Shown here in pieces: positions 23,838 through 35,230 of a DNA stretch of 64,000 bases. Made by a program: the position numbers and the translations under genes. The DNA comes from Nemertoderma westbladi. Taxonomy: Eukaryota > Animalia > Xenacoelomorpha. Within the stretch, counting starts at the first letter, position 1, and every line of letters begins with the position of its first letter. The notes below the pieces were generated by a model. That model was not told where the DNA came from. It saw only the letters and a program-made list of their open reading frames with translations, and ran no database searches. The stretch lies in contig JAUCBJ010001286.1 in assembly GCA_032718475.1 (NCBI GenBank), positions 95,255-159,254 of the forward strand. The letters are read 5' to 3'.

Positions 23838-25846
23838 AGAAATGGATGAAATGGGAAGATTCTCTACCTGCCATCGAGAACTTTATAATTTCCCGTGCAT
23901 ATTTTGGCCATGTTCTTCCTACGTATTCTTATCAACTCCATGTGTTTGGAGACGCCAGCGACATGGGAATAGGTATAGTAGCATATCTGCGAGTCGAAAC
24001 TCCGGATGGAATCAAAGTCGCCTTGGTTACCTCTAAGGCATTGATTAACAACGAGTTAAAAGTTCCTCGAGCGGAGTTAAAGGCGGCTTTATACGCTACA
24101 GCCATCGGCCGGAACGTAACGGAACAAATCGACTATCCACTGGAGAAAACGGTTTATTGGACCGACGCTTTACTCGTGTTGGAGTATCTAACCAATGAAG
24201 TCTGTCAGTTCAGCGTTTTTGTTACTAACAGAGTAGCTATTATTCTTAGTCGCACAAAGATAGATCAATGGAGACATTGCCCTGGTACGATTAATCCAGC
24301 CGATATTGCCTCCAGGGGAGCAACTCCACAGGAACTGATAGATACTCCAGATTGGTTGGGTGGACCCGACTTCCTGAGCAAGGAAGAGGATGAATGGCCT
24401 CCTCACCTTACTACGGCAGAGATTAGACAAGCCAAGGGAGCGGAGACAGTCAAACCTAAAACCCGGGCGAGTAAATCGAAGTTATTTAAACCGACTATCG
24501 ATCTATCTGTATTACATACTTCCGGGAATGATGCTTCGGATCCACAATCCCTCAACACAAATAAGTCTGTTGTGGAAATTAGAGATAGAGATTGGAAATC
24601 TGGAATACCAGACGTCTCGCAAGGAATCTCACCCATGCTGCAGAGAGCAATGCATCATTACAGTTCCTGGAATCGGCTCTGTAAAGCCGTCACATATTTG
24701 AGACGATGTTTTCATCATCACTACTCCAGGACGAAGACCACTAGTGATAACGCTCCATTGACATCTGCACAAGTTCATGTTATTAAAAATTTACCCAAAT
24801 ATAAGACATCTGACCGTTTTCTAAAGGAGAAAATTAGTCACCAGGAGCATGAAGAAACCAATAAGCAGATACTGAGACTCCTGCAATGCTATGAGGATTC
24901 CGAAAAGTATTTCCTGTTGTTGAGAAATTTGCAGATGCGCTTAAGGGATCGATTCTCGAGCACAATGATAGATGGGCTAATACGTGTTGGAGGAAGACTC
25001 ACCAATGCGCCCTTATCCTTTGACACCAAATTCCCCATACTTATTAGAAATCTTGAAGTACAAATCAAGATGATTGTAGATGTTCACAGTAAACTTTATC
25101 ATGCTGGTAGAGAACGAATTCTTAGCGAAATTCGAACTCGCTATTATTTTGATAAACCCCGTAGAGCTCTGAACCAAGTTCTTAGGAACTGCATACCCTG
25201 TAGGAAAGCATTCAGTAGGCCTTTAACACAGCGAGAGGCAGAATTACCTAGGGAACGAGTAAGCTTCTATGAACCACCTTTTACTAATACTGGTGTAGAT
25301 TTATTTGGCCCTATTGAAGTATATCGTGCTAGGACTATAGTCAAGAGATGGTGTGTCATCTTCGTGTGCACGACTTGTAGAGCCATCCATCTCGATATGG
25401 TGAACGATCTATCTACCAACAGCTTCGTCTTAAGTTTACGACGACAGATCGCTCGCTTCGGGACGAGTAATACCATGAGATCGGATAAGGGAACGAACTT
25501 CATTGGTGCCAACAACGAAATACAGGCTTACGTGAAGGACTGGAACCAAAGACAGGTGGACGACCAGCTAAGGATAACAGCGTCTAGCTGGACCTTCAAT
25601 GCCGCCGACGCCCCTTGGTGGGGAGGAAGTTGGGAGAGATTAATTCGAAGTGTCAAAACCGCATTTCACTTTATAGTGCCATGCCGCGCGTATCTCACCG
25701 ACGAACTTTTGCGGACATTAATGGAGGAAATAGCTGCCTATCTCAACGAGAGACCGCTTATGCCAGTCTCATCGAGTCCCGATTCCTTGGAAGCTCTAAC
25801 ACCCGCGCACTTCCTACTGAAGAAACCTGTAGCCATTACATCATAG
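23802..25846 (+). CDS. BEL/Pao Pol, part 2 (RNase H, integrase zinc finger and DDE core)
   Basis: LHVFGDAS, VPRAEL, YWTD, NPADIASRG, RVGGRL, H..HAG..CIPC, GVDLFGP, SDKGTNF, WERLIRSVK, LTPAHFL. Continues part 1 if the 20-bp duplication at 23782-23821 is removed. Confidence 0.93.
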
Positions 25847-26847
25847 AATGGTATCAAGGTCCACAGTGTCTCACTGCGTACGATTATCGACATGCCAACT
25901 ATGTTTCTAGGCAACGTTGTCGGTTATGCGCATCGAGAGACCACGATACGCCCATGGACACCAACGTCCGCTGTTCCTATTTCCAAGACCAACCGACTAT
26001 GGAAATTTATTGCGCATATTGCAGACTCAATAACTTGCATATCTTTGCGGTTTGCCCTCAATTTATGACTCAATGTCACCATTGTCAATTAAAGGGACAT
26101 GCCAGTTTCGACTGCCCTTTTAATCACGATTTGGAAAGCGTAGATGAAATGATCACACTACGTTACATCAGAGCTTGGGAAGCGAACGCTGATTTACATT
26201 GTGATTCGCGCCATCGCTATTATCCCGGACGCGCTTACGAAGGAGTTTATGCGTTCCATCCTTATCTATTTGCTTCGGTTGAACAGAAATCACGCATATC
26301 AAGTTACGAGCTACTGAAGCGCGTCGGAGAATGTATTTCACCCAAATTCGTACGCAAATTCCTCAGGAGTGTTAATCCTAGCGACCTTCATTCCTATAAC
26401 TTAATCAATTATATCCGTCAGGATCCGGACTATGGAGACTTGTTTGTTAACTCACACCCCGAGTTACAGGAAGTATATCGACGGCCTTACGAATACCGAG
26501 CCCGCGAACGTGAGTTGGAAAGGACCATTAAACCCCGGAGGTTTCTAACTGCCTATGGTCCACCCACGGCCCTCGTTCAGACCACTCGTAAAGGACCCGT
26601 AAGAGCGGCTGTCTTGAAACGAGCTCTCAAAGCCGTTAGACCCCTCTCCCCTGACGTTGATGTCAATCAACCCGGTACTTCGACTGGCGGATACACCGAC
26701 CATAATCCTACACCCTCTGATGCAATCATATTGCACCCTTCACCCAGGAGTTATAGCCCTCCTTGTAAAGTGGCTCGCCCCAAAGAGAAAAGGACTCTGG
26801 CTAGCTTTAAAAAACTGCGTAAACGCCGTCCGCGCAAGAAAGACTGA
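25830..26847 (+). CDS. Extra ORF between integrase and 3' LTR: Cys/His zinc-knuckle protein with basic C-terminus (start uncertain)
   Basis: About 335 open codons past the pol stop; CRLCASRDH..C, CAYCRLNNLHIFAVC, CHHCQLKGHASFDC; ends KKLRKRRPRKKD. Confidence 0.7.
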
Positions 26848-26925
26848 CTGTTTAGAGTATTTACGTATATTAGAAACTGTGATTTTGTATATTTTATAGA
26901 CTCAAATCCCATTTTCTGGGAGCGG

Positions 26926-28169
26926 TGTAAAAGCTTCTGTGGGATATAACTGGCCCTTTTGCTTCGCAATCCAGTTTCCCCCCTAGGCGCTGGAATACTC
27001 TAAAAGGCTCTCTAACTATATATATAATTTCCCCTCGCCCGCAAGGTACCGTTATAGGTGTTTTAACGGACATAAAAGTCATTCTTCTATATACGTGTTT
27101 TGGCGGACATGGTAAGGCAAAAAACCCGCAATGCACCAAATACCTTTACACAGCTTATCCTTGATGATTCAGATTACGACATCTAACAGCTGGTTGCTGA
27201 CATGGGAACAGCCATTGGACACGTAGTTCTTTGTTTAGCTTAAGCCAATCAGAGCGATTTTTTCTGTCGATGTGGAGATATTCGGCCGATCATACTAGGA
27301 GTGTTCAGTCTTACTGTTTTTTCTTGATACTGTTGTGTTGTTGCTATCTAGGCCAGGAACACCGGCTCTAGAGTCAATTCGTTTTCATACTTTTAGAAGA
27401 AACATTAGTAGGCTTAAGATTATAGAGCGTATAACTGTTATCAACTCACATATCAGTCCAGTTCATATCATATCTTAACCTACCGTCTTAATGCTGTTTA
27501 CTGTTGTGTTTTGGTTGAATATTATTTGGAGAACATATATAAAGAACCCAAATTTCCCAATTTTCTTGATACACTACAGGTTAGAGAGACGGGTTATATA
27601 TAGCGATTGCGACTTATATTATTGTGGTTTGTAGTGAATTTAATGCTATTTGATAAGCGCTACATGAGTCCGTTGCTGTTCTCTTTATATATGATAAAAT
27701 TCATTGACGGTCGGCAAATTAGTGAGCAGTATTGTGTGTTACCGGTAGCGTGCATGATTGTGGCTGATAACTAAGCATTTCCTAAAGAATGCGCCTCATA
27801 CGTGAATCATAAGCCTTACCGACTTACCGTTGTGATTAGTATAAGTCATATCTCTGTTTACTTAGATAGAGCGCCACGTCCTAAAGGAACTGTTAATATT
27901 TCCCGAAAGTGAATAATATTGGTCAGAAATTATTTATTAACGATCAATCGAATAATACAGTAAGCTTACACTGCAATAATAATCTAAGCCCTCAGAATCC
28001 AGTCTCCCGGGTATATCCAGCGGGTGAATGGACGCGCACTAGGCTGGCTTCTGCTAATGTTGTGTTTATTGGTATTAAATATTTGTCATCTTCTAAAGTC
28101 TATTTATAAACCAAAAGACATATAAATTTTGGCAGGTTAAACTGCTAAAGGTCTTCAAAAGCGCGTACA
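26926..28169 (+). repeat. 3' LTR
   Basis: Copy of 14612-15855, preceded by a short purine-rich tract gggagcgg (weak PPT). Confidence 0.97.
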
Positions 28170-28544
28170 AATCACTACAGTTAGGTATATGGCTTGTACA
28201 ACTACAGTACAGTACGATAATCATAGTGCAATTGTTACTGTTTAACACAATATAGGCAATTTAGTACATAATATACGCCATTTAGTACATAATATAATAT
28301 ACGCAATTTTAGTGTTAAATATTAAATATTTACAACAATGTTCAATTCTCAGTTGAAATAAAATGAATATAGAACGTAATTGATACAGAAACTAAGAACA
28401 TAATTGAATATAATATAATATACAGTATAAGCGTTATAATACTCCAGTTAAATAAAAATAATAAAATGGTAATGGTAGCCGACAGCAAGTCGGTAGCAGA
28501 CACCATGTCGGCAGACACTATGTCGGCACTATGTCAGACACTAG

Positions 28545-28782
28545 ATCGGCTGTCTGCTGTAGGTTGACTGCCGTCGGTTTGTCTGCTATTGGTTTATCTG
28601 CTTTCTGCTCTGTAAGTTGACTTGTTGCTGTCGCCTGTCTACCGTCGGTTTGTCTGCTGTCAGTTTTCTGTTGTCGCGGTTGTCTGCCGTCGGTTGTCTG
28701 CTGTCGTTTGTCTGCTGTTGGCTGTCATCGGTTGTTGGATGTCGGTTTTCTGCTGTTTGGCTGTCTACTGTCGGTTGCCTGA
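28545..28782 (-). repeat. (CGGTTGTCTGCTGT)n degenerate subrepeats, inverted relative to 13215-13440
   Basis: Reverse complement caggcaaccgacagtagacagcc... aligns collinearly with 13260 onward. Confidence 0.7.
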
Positions 28783-29629
28783 TGAATTTCACAGACGTTA
28801 TACAGCATTAGTTACTTTACAGTAGGTACGGTACCGAACCAACATTATTTCATTAACTTCTGCAACAAAGCCGCTAGAAAGAAGATATTTTTTCCCCTTC
28901 GTTCCGAAATAGGGACCCCCATGCTGCCATGGCCCTTTGTTGGGTTAAGGACCCATATACTCGGCTACTGTATGGCCGACAAGGCAGATATGGTAATCTG
29001 ACTCTGACAATGGCTGGTTCGGATTAGAGCGCTGGCATAGAGCGCCGTATTGATGTTTGCACTATTGTGTATTATTTTAACCAGCGATTTACCTATTAAA
29101 TCTATATTAAATGTAAAAAAAATTAACTATGCTCTTTCAATACAAAACATGCTGGCTTACCCTGACATGTACTCATGTACAGGATGTACTATATTATTGT
29201 AATAAAGCCTAGAATTTAGTAAATTTAACCAAAAAAATATTTAACTTTCTTTCGTCGGAAAAAAGTAAATTAGGCCTATTGCAATCCTGAAGTATGGGTT
29301 TACTTTCTCACTAAGCTGCTAAGTGCTAAGGAAAAGGACTCCTTTTTAGATCGATTTTGAGGTAGGCATATATTCGTGCGCAAAAGTAACAAAATTTCAA
29401 AAACATGAAAAAAACATAATAAAAACATATTGCTTTACATTCACGATCAGACATTAGCGTACACTGCTGCATTGAGACTGTTACACTGTTACCCCATCCT
29501 ACTGCCTACCGCCCGCCCCTTACTGCCTTACGTCCTCACAATCTCTGGTCTTACCATACTGCCATAGGCCTAGTGCAGTACAACAGTAGTTTAGCACTAC
29601 TGCACTACGGTACATAACTAGGCAAAGTA

Positions 29630-30063
29630 CAGTCAGGAACACTGGTCACAATGTCCAATTTACAGCCAGAATGTGTCCGCGGAAAACGCTCTCAGAGTGA
29701 AATTTCTCCATAGAAAACAATGCTAAATTTCATTTGAAAACCGGCAGTGCTGCAGTGAAATTTTAACATTGGCATTCTAAAAATTATGCCATTAGAATCA
29801 CCATAAAATTCTGTATAGGCCTAAATTAATTTGAGAATTAGAATCTCATCGTTGGGATAACTATCATAATATTAAAAATAAAAATGTGCCCAGCTTCTGC
29901 TTTGAGTACTAGTGGAGTTACAGCCAAAATATGTCCGGAAATATAATCGCAGCCTGTGAAGGACAAATACAGAAATAGTGGCTGCACGGACACTTTCTGG
30001 CTGTAAATATGTGGACAATTTTTGGCTGAGCTTCAGCCAGAAAGTGACCAGTGTTCCTAACTG
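29630..30063. mobile_element. MITE-like inverted-repeat element upstream of ZDHHC
   Basis: aggaacactggtcac (29635-29649) / gtgaccagtgttcct (30044-30058); internal inverted tttacagccagaa / ttctggctgtaaa. Confidence 0.7.
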
Positions 30064-30221
30064 ACTGACTGAAGTTGCGTACCGTAGGCCTGTCTGCCTG
30101 TAGGCCTAATAGAAAACACCTCAACTTCTAAAACTAAACTAAAACTATACCAGTATACGTACGTATACCAGTATACGGTATTATTTCATTCAGTACCGGT
30201 ATTGATGATCGAAGCTGAAAA

Positions 30222-31232
30222 ATGAATCTTTGTTTGAATGTGATTATAAACATAGTACGATGGATCCCGGTTGTATTTATATGGGGGATAATCGGATGGT
30301 CCTATTACGCCTACGTAGTCGCAATGTGCAGCTACACCGTGGTCTCTATTACAGAGAAAACTATATACCTGGTGTTGTACCACTTGTTATTCATCCTATT
30401 TATATGGTCCTACTGGCAGGCGATATTCACTCCGGTTTGGGAGCCGCCGCGGCAGTATTTCCTCGACTCTTCGCAGAAGGCGCAACTCGATAGCGACGAT
30501 CGCGCCGACGTACAGCAGGAGCTGTTACGTGAGTTCGCGAGGGATCTTCCCATACAGACGTACACGACTACAGGACTAGTTCGCTACTGCGACGTCTGCT
30601 GCTGCATCAAGCCGGACCGCGCCCATCACTGCTCGCTCTGCCGCAAATGCGTTCTAAAGATGGACCATCACTGCCCATGGGTTAATAGCTGCGTCTCCTT
30701 CTCAAACTACAAATTCTTTCTGCTATTTCTCGGCTACGGAATATTTTACACTTGTTTCGTCGGCGCAACGGACTTCCAGTATTTTTTAGGATTCTGGAAC
30801 AATTCCATTAATGGCGACGGTAAATTCCACGTGCTTTTTCTCTTTTTCGCCGCCATTATGTTCTGCATTTCGTTAATTTCCCTCTACGGTTACCATATAT
30901 TTCTTGTTCAGGTGAACCGCAGCACGTTGGAATCTTTCCGATCCCCGATATTCCGGACCGGACCGGATAAGTGGGGGTTCAGTTTGGGCCGACGACAGAA
31001 CTTCCGTGAGGTCTTCGGGGACTTGTGGCCCATGTGGCTGGTTCCGTTGTACTCGTCGCGGGGTAACGGGTACTCGTTCGGGCGGAACGTTCAACCGGAG
31101 TCGGCGAACGGGTTGCTGTCGGGTCGCGGTTGCCGGTGGATGGAGGAGGGCGTTCTGAGTAGCGAAGATGAGGGCGGGGTGGGGGTTGGGGGCGGGATCT
31201 CTGATCTAACACCCAGTACTGCTAACAGCTGA
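30222..31232 (+). CDS. DHHC palmitoyltransferase, ZDHHC2/15/20 subfamily, intronless
   Basis: [79 protein letters not shown]. Confidence 0.96.
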   Translation: MNLCLNVIINIVRWIPVVFIWGIIGWSYYAYVVAMCSYTVVSITEKTIYLVLYHLLFILFIWSYWQAIFTPVWEPPRQYFLDSSQKAQLDSDDRADVQQELLREFARDLPIQTYTTTGLVRYCDVCCCIKPDRAHHCSLCRKCVLKMDHHCPWVNSCVSFSNYKFFLLFLGYGIFYTCFVGATDFQYFLGFWNNSINGDGKFHVLFLFFAAIMFCISLISLYGYHIFLVQVNRSTLESFRSPIFRTGPDKWGFSLGRRQNFREVFGDLWPMWLVPLYSSRGNGYSFGRNVQPESANGLLSGRGCRWMEEGVLSSEDEGGVGVGGGISDLTPSTANS

Positions 31233-32279
31233 GGAGGGCGGGGGTGTGAGATCTAGGGGGTTGCCCGATTTAACGTCCAGTAGTGCTAACAGCTGAGAGG
31301 GGCGGGGGGGGGGGGGAATGTCCAACTAACGCCAAGTACGATTGCTGAGGGGGGATTGGGATCTCCGATAGGGGGACAACGTATAGTAGTAAATGACGTT
31401 GTGTTACCGTAAAAAATATTCGTATCTATTTGTGTATAAAATTATCTGCTTTCTTTCTATTATATGTGCGACAATTATTATACCACTAAAATTTCCCCAA
31501 TTAATTGATTATATAGACGACTGTCGTTGTGCAATTTATCCCTCTGTAGGAATGAGTTGAGTACCGGTATCCTAAATTATTGTTATTGACGATGTCTTCC
31601 CTCTTTACCCGCATATTTTTCTTAGATAAAATATCATTTTGATATATTTAGATATTATTTGTTCATCAACAATGTAAGATATTTCATTAGAGAAGATTTT
31701 CATCGGTTCTCTTCTGCGTCGCGTATTATTATTTTGGTTATGTGACACCCCTGTTTAATTCAAGTCATTGGCCTACTGAGGAAAGGAACATGTTAAAGGC
31801 GCTAGTTTTTCAAGCCAAAACAATAAACGATACTCAATGACACAGTAGAAATTATTCTTTGGTAATTTATCTTAAAATGGTTTAGGCAAAAGTTACAAAA
31901 ATGCCTAAATGCTAATAATAAAAACTGCAGTTTGCAGATAGAGTGACACTTTTTTGCTCGATGATATTTTAACCATCCCTGGGGGGAAATCGACAGAACT
32001 AATACCTATGCAGAGAGGGAACCACACAATTTCCATACAATTGACGTCCAATAATTTTTAAACATATTGAACGTTAGTAAATTTCCATGTATTGGTAAAT
32101 TGTTCAAAAAATTTATAAAAAAAATGAATTTTGTCCAAAATCCTCTAATTACTTAATTAAATACATAACTTTTTTTCATGCGCAACATTCCATAAATTTT
32201 TTCAATATAAAAAGCGAAAAGTGCATCTTCTCTTCACAGTATATACACCATATTAAAAAAATCAGGAGTGTCAGCAGAC

Positions 32280-34092
32280 TATAATAATAAGACTACAAAT
32301 TAAAGTCACACCAAAATTGATGAAAATTTCACCAAAAAAATTTTATTACACCAATTTATAAAATGTTACCCCAAAAAAAATTATTCAACACCAAATAAAA
32401 TAAAGTAATAAATAAATTTGTCAACACCAAAAACAATTGTTCAACACCAAAAACAATTATTCAACACCAATATTAATAAATGCTCCCCAAAACCAATGAT
32501 TCACACCAAAATAAATGACAAAACCCCCCAAAATAAATACAAATTTTCCCAAAATAAATACAAATTTTCTCAAAGTAAATGCAAATGTTCCCAAAATAAA
32601 TACATAATACCCCAAAATAAATACATAATCCCCCAAAATAAATATATAAAGATAAACCCCCATAATAAATACATAATACCCCTATATAAATACATAATCC
32701 CCCAAAATAAATATATAAACCCCCATAATAAATACATAATCCCCCAAAATAAATTCATAATCCCCCAAAATAAATACTTAATCCCCAAAAATAAATACTT
32801 ATTCCCCCAAAATAAATACATAATCCCCCAAAATAAATACTTATTCCCCCAAAATAAATACATAATCCCCAAAATAAATACTTATTCCCCCAAAATAAAT
32901 ACTTATTCCCCCAAAATAAATACATAATCCCCCAAAATAAATACATAATCCCCCAAAATAAATACATATTCCCCCAAAATAAATACTTATTCCCCCAAAA
33001 TAAATACATAATCCCCCAAAATAAATATATAAAGATAAACCCCCATAATAAATACATAATACCCCTATATAAATACATAATCCCCCAAAATAAATATATT
33101 TTCCCCCAAAATAAATACATAATCCCCCAAAATAAATACATATTCCCCCAAAATAAATGCTTATTCCCCCAAAATAAATACATAATCCCCCAAAATAAAT
33201 TTATAATCCCCCAAAATAAATTCATAATCCCCCAAAATAAATACATAATCCCCCAAAATAAATACATATTCCCCCAAAATAAATGCTTATTCCCCCAAAA
33301 TAAATACATAATCCCCCAAAATAAATTCATAATCCCCCAAAATAAATACATAATCCCCCAAAATAAATACTTATTCGCCCAAAATAATCAAATATTATAC
33401 CAAAATAAAGAGACTCTTGAGTTACAGACTCTCAATTGAAGACTATTATTGTTGACTATTGTTACGTGTATCGTCGGGTGAGTACAAAACAAAGACAAAA
33501 GATCCACTGATTTACTGCCCGTTCTGTACAAAACAAAGAGGTAAAGTCGTATTAGGTCCCAAAGCGCGCTAGGCCCCTGCCATTTAAAGGAACAGGTTAG
33601 TAAAGGAACAGGTTACAAAGGCGTGTTGGGGGAACCAAAACAATAAACGAAAGTTCACATGTTACAAGATTATGAGGGTCTTTATAATTGGGTCTTTGGA
33701 CTTATAAATAATGAATGAATTTGTATAAATAAATTTTCCATAAACTATTTGGTGCTGGAAGAATTGTTGTTGGTTGACAAGTAATTATTTTAGGGAGATT
33801 GAATAATTATTTTTGGGGTGTGAATAATTGTTTTTGGGGGAATGAATAATTGTTTTTGGAGAATGAATAATTGTTTTTGGGGGATTGATAATTGTTTTGG
33901 GGGGATCACTAATTGTTTTTGGGGGATTAATAATTGTTTTGGGGGGATGAATAATTGTTTTTGGTGAGTGAGATATTCAAAATTGGGGGATGTAAATTGG
34001 TGCTACAAAAAAATATATTTGGTGCTAAATAATTTGTTGGTGAGAAATCATCTAATTTGGGGTGGCATTCAATTAGTGGCGTAATAATAATA
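32280..34092. mobile_element. Foldback-like element with internally repetitive (~21-bp) inverted arms
   Basis: Left arm contains (ataatcccccaaaataaatac)n, expanded at 32530-33380; right arm contains (gaataattgtttttggggg)n at 33780-33990; outer ends 32280-32360 and 34015-34092 are diverged reverse complements. Confidence 0.7.
33476..33710 (+). mobile_element. GGGTGA-family MITE-like element inside the foldback element
   Basis: gggtgagtacaaaacaaagac...aaaggaacaggtta...aaccaaaacaataaacga; collinear with 38967-39180. Confidence 0.7.
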
Positions 34093-34813
34093 CGTGCTGC
34101 CGTTTCTATAATAGTTACATAGAATTGGATATATCACGTACAGTATGCAGGATCTGTACATATCACTTCACTTATTCGGAGATATCACATACTAAACTAA
34201 TAACCTTTATTATACGTATTTTTATTAATGTTAATTGTATTGGTTACAAATAAATGCCCAGAGTTCCATGCCTGAAGTGTACGTACGTTCAAGCACTACA
34301 TAATTGTATATTAATTGCTAAACAATTAGTTGTAGTTTATTTTAATGTTAAATCTGTGCTCTTCATTGCACAAAATGTGCTGCTTCTTTATTGACATTTG
34401 ATTATTTATTTGTTTGTATATTGAATATCCTAGTTAGAGAAATTATATATAAAAATTATATCAAACAATATATTTATCACAATTATTATTAAATTTAATC
34501 ATTTTGTTTAACAACATAAAGATAATATCCGATAACTAATAAATACCTTATTCGGCATCAGTTAGTGTGTGACGATTATACATACCAGTAACATTAAATA
34601 TAAACTATACATAACCGGTTAACAAATAACCACACAAATATTAATTTTACAAAACTGTAAGTAATTTGTGATAAGTGTTCACTAATCACTAAAGATAGTG
34701 AGTTGTTTTGGAATAGATTACTAAGCAATGCATTCATATTTCGTACGGAAACCAAGACGAAGAGTATTTCCTCCATAGTAGACAAAACTAGTTCAATATA
34801 CTTTGTCTACATT

Positions 34814-35046
34814 CTATAGCATTGGATCGTCTTCAATGGCCACCGCCGCGTCTTGAGGTATCAAGAAATTGTCCAATCGGTGACGAGTTCTTGCCTCAAT
34901 ATAGTCATATGCATTCGGTGGTTGCCTAACAACACACAGTTTCAAGGCACTTCTATTCACCATCATTGGTGTAATGCTGTACCATTGGTTGGTTAAGTCG
35001 TCATAGAACTCCGATTGGGCTATCGTTGTGTCGCCATCGAAACCAC
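34814..35046 (-). CDS. KLHL10: Kelch-like protein 10 homolog, terminal coding exon
   Basis: tttatag|GT GGT TTC GAT; GGFDGDTTIAQSEFYDDLTNQWYSITPMMVNRSALKLCVV...stop; phase matches exon 41657-41853. Confidence 0.85.
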
Positions 35047-35230
35047 CTATAAATAAATAATATTCGAGTAAATAATACAATTTGCACGGGCACAATATTT
35101 GTTACTATCAGTGCTGTATTTTTCAGTTCAGTAACATAAAGCATGCTGCGGAAAAGTTTAACAAGTTCAAGTTTATAAATGGTCATTTAGGTAATCAATC
35201 ACCATGTTTGTTATTAATCACTTGTTCTAG

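Larger units (their letters stand above)
14612..28169 (+). mobile_element. Full-length BEL/Pao LTR retrotransposon, recent insertion
   Basis: Two 1244-bp TG...CA LTRs; 5-bp TSD AATCA at 14607-14611 and 28170-28174; gag-PR-RT-RH-IN order with BEL-type motifs. Confidence 0.97.

Noticed and set aside
25615-25829. N-terminal part of the listed 410-aa ORF
   Set aside because: Non-ATG start overlapping the integrase core in another frame; probably incidental openness.
25830-26847. env gene for the extra ORF
   Set aside because: No signal peptide, TM anchor or fusion-protein features; it has zinc knuckles and a basic tail instead.
32418-33351. ORFs with YLFWGIM / PQNKYII repeats
   Set aside because: Translations of a 21-bp minisatellite.
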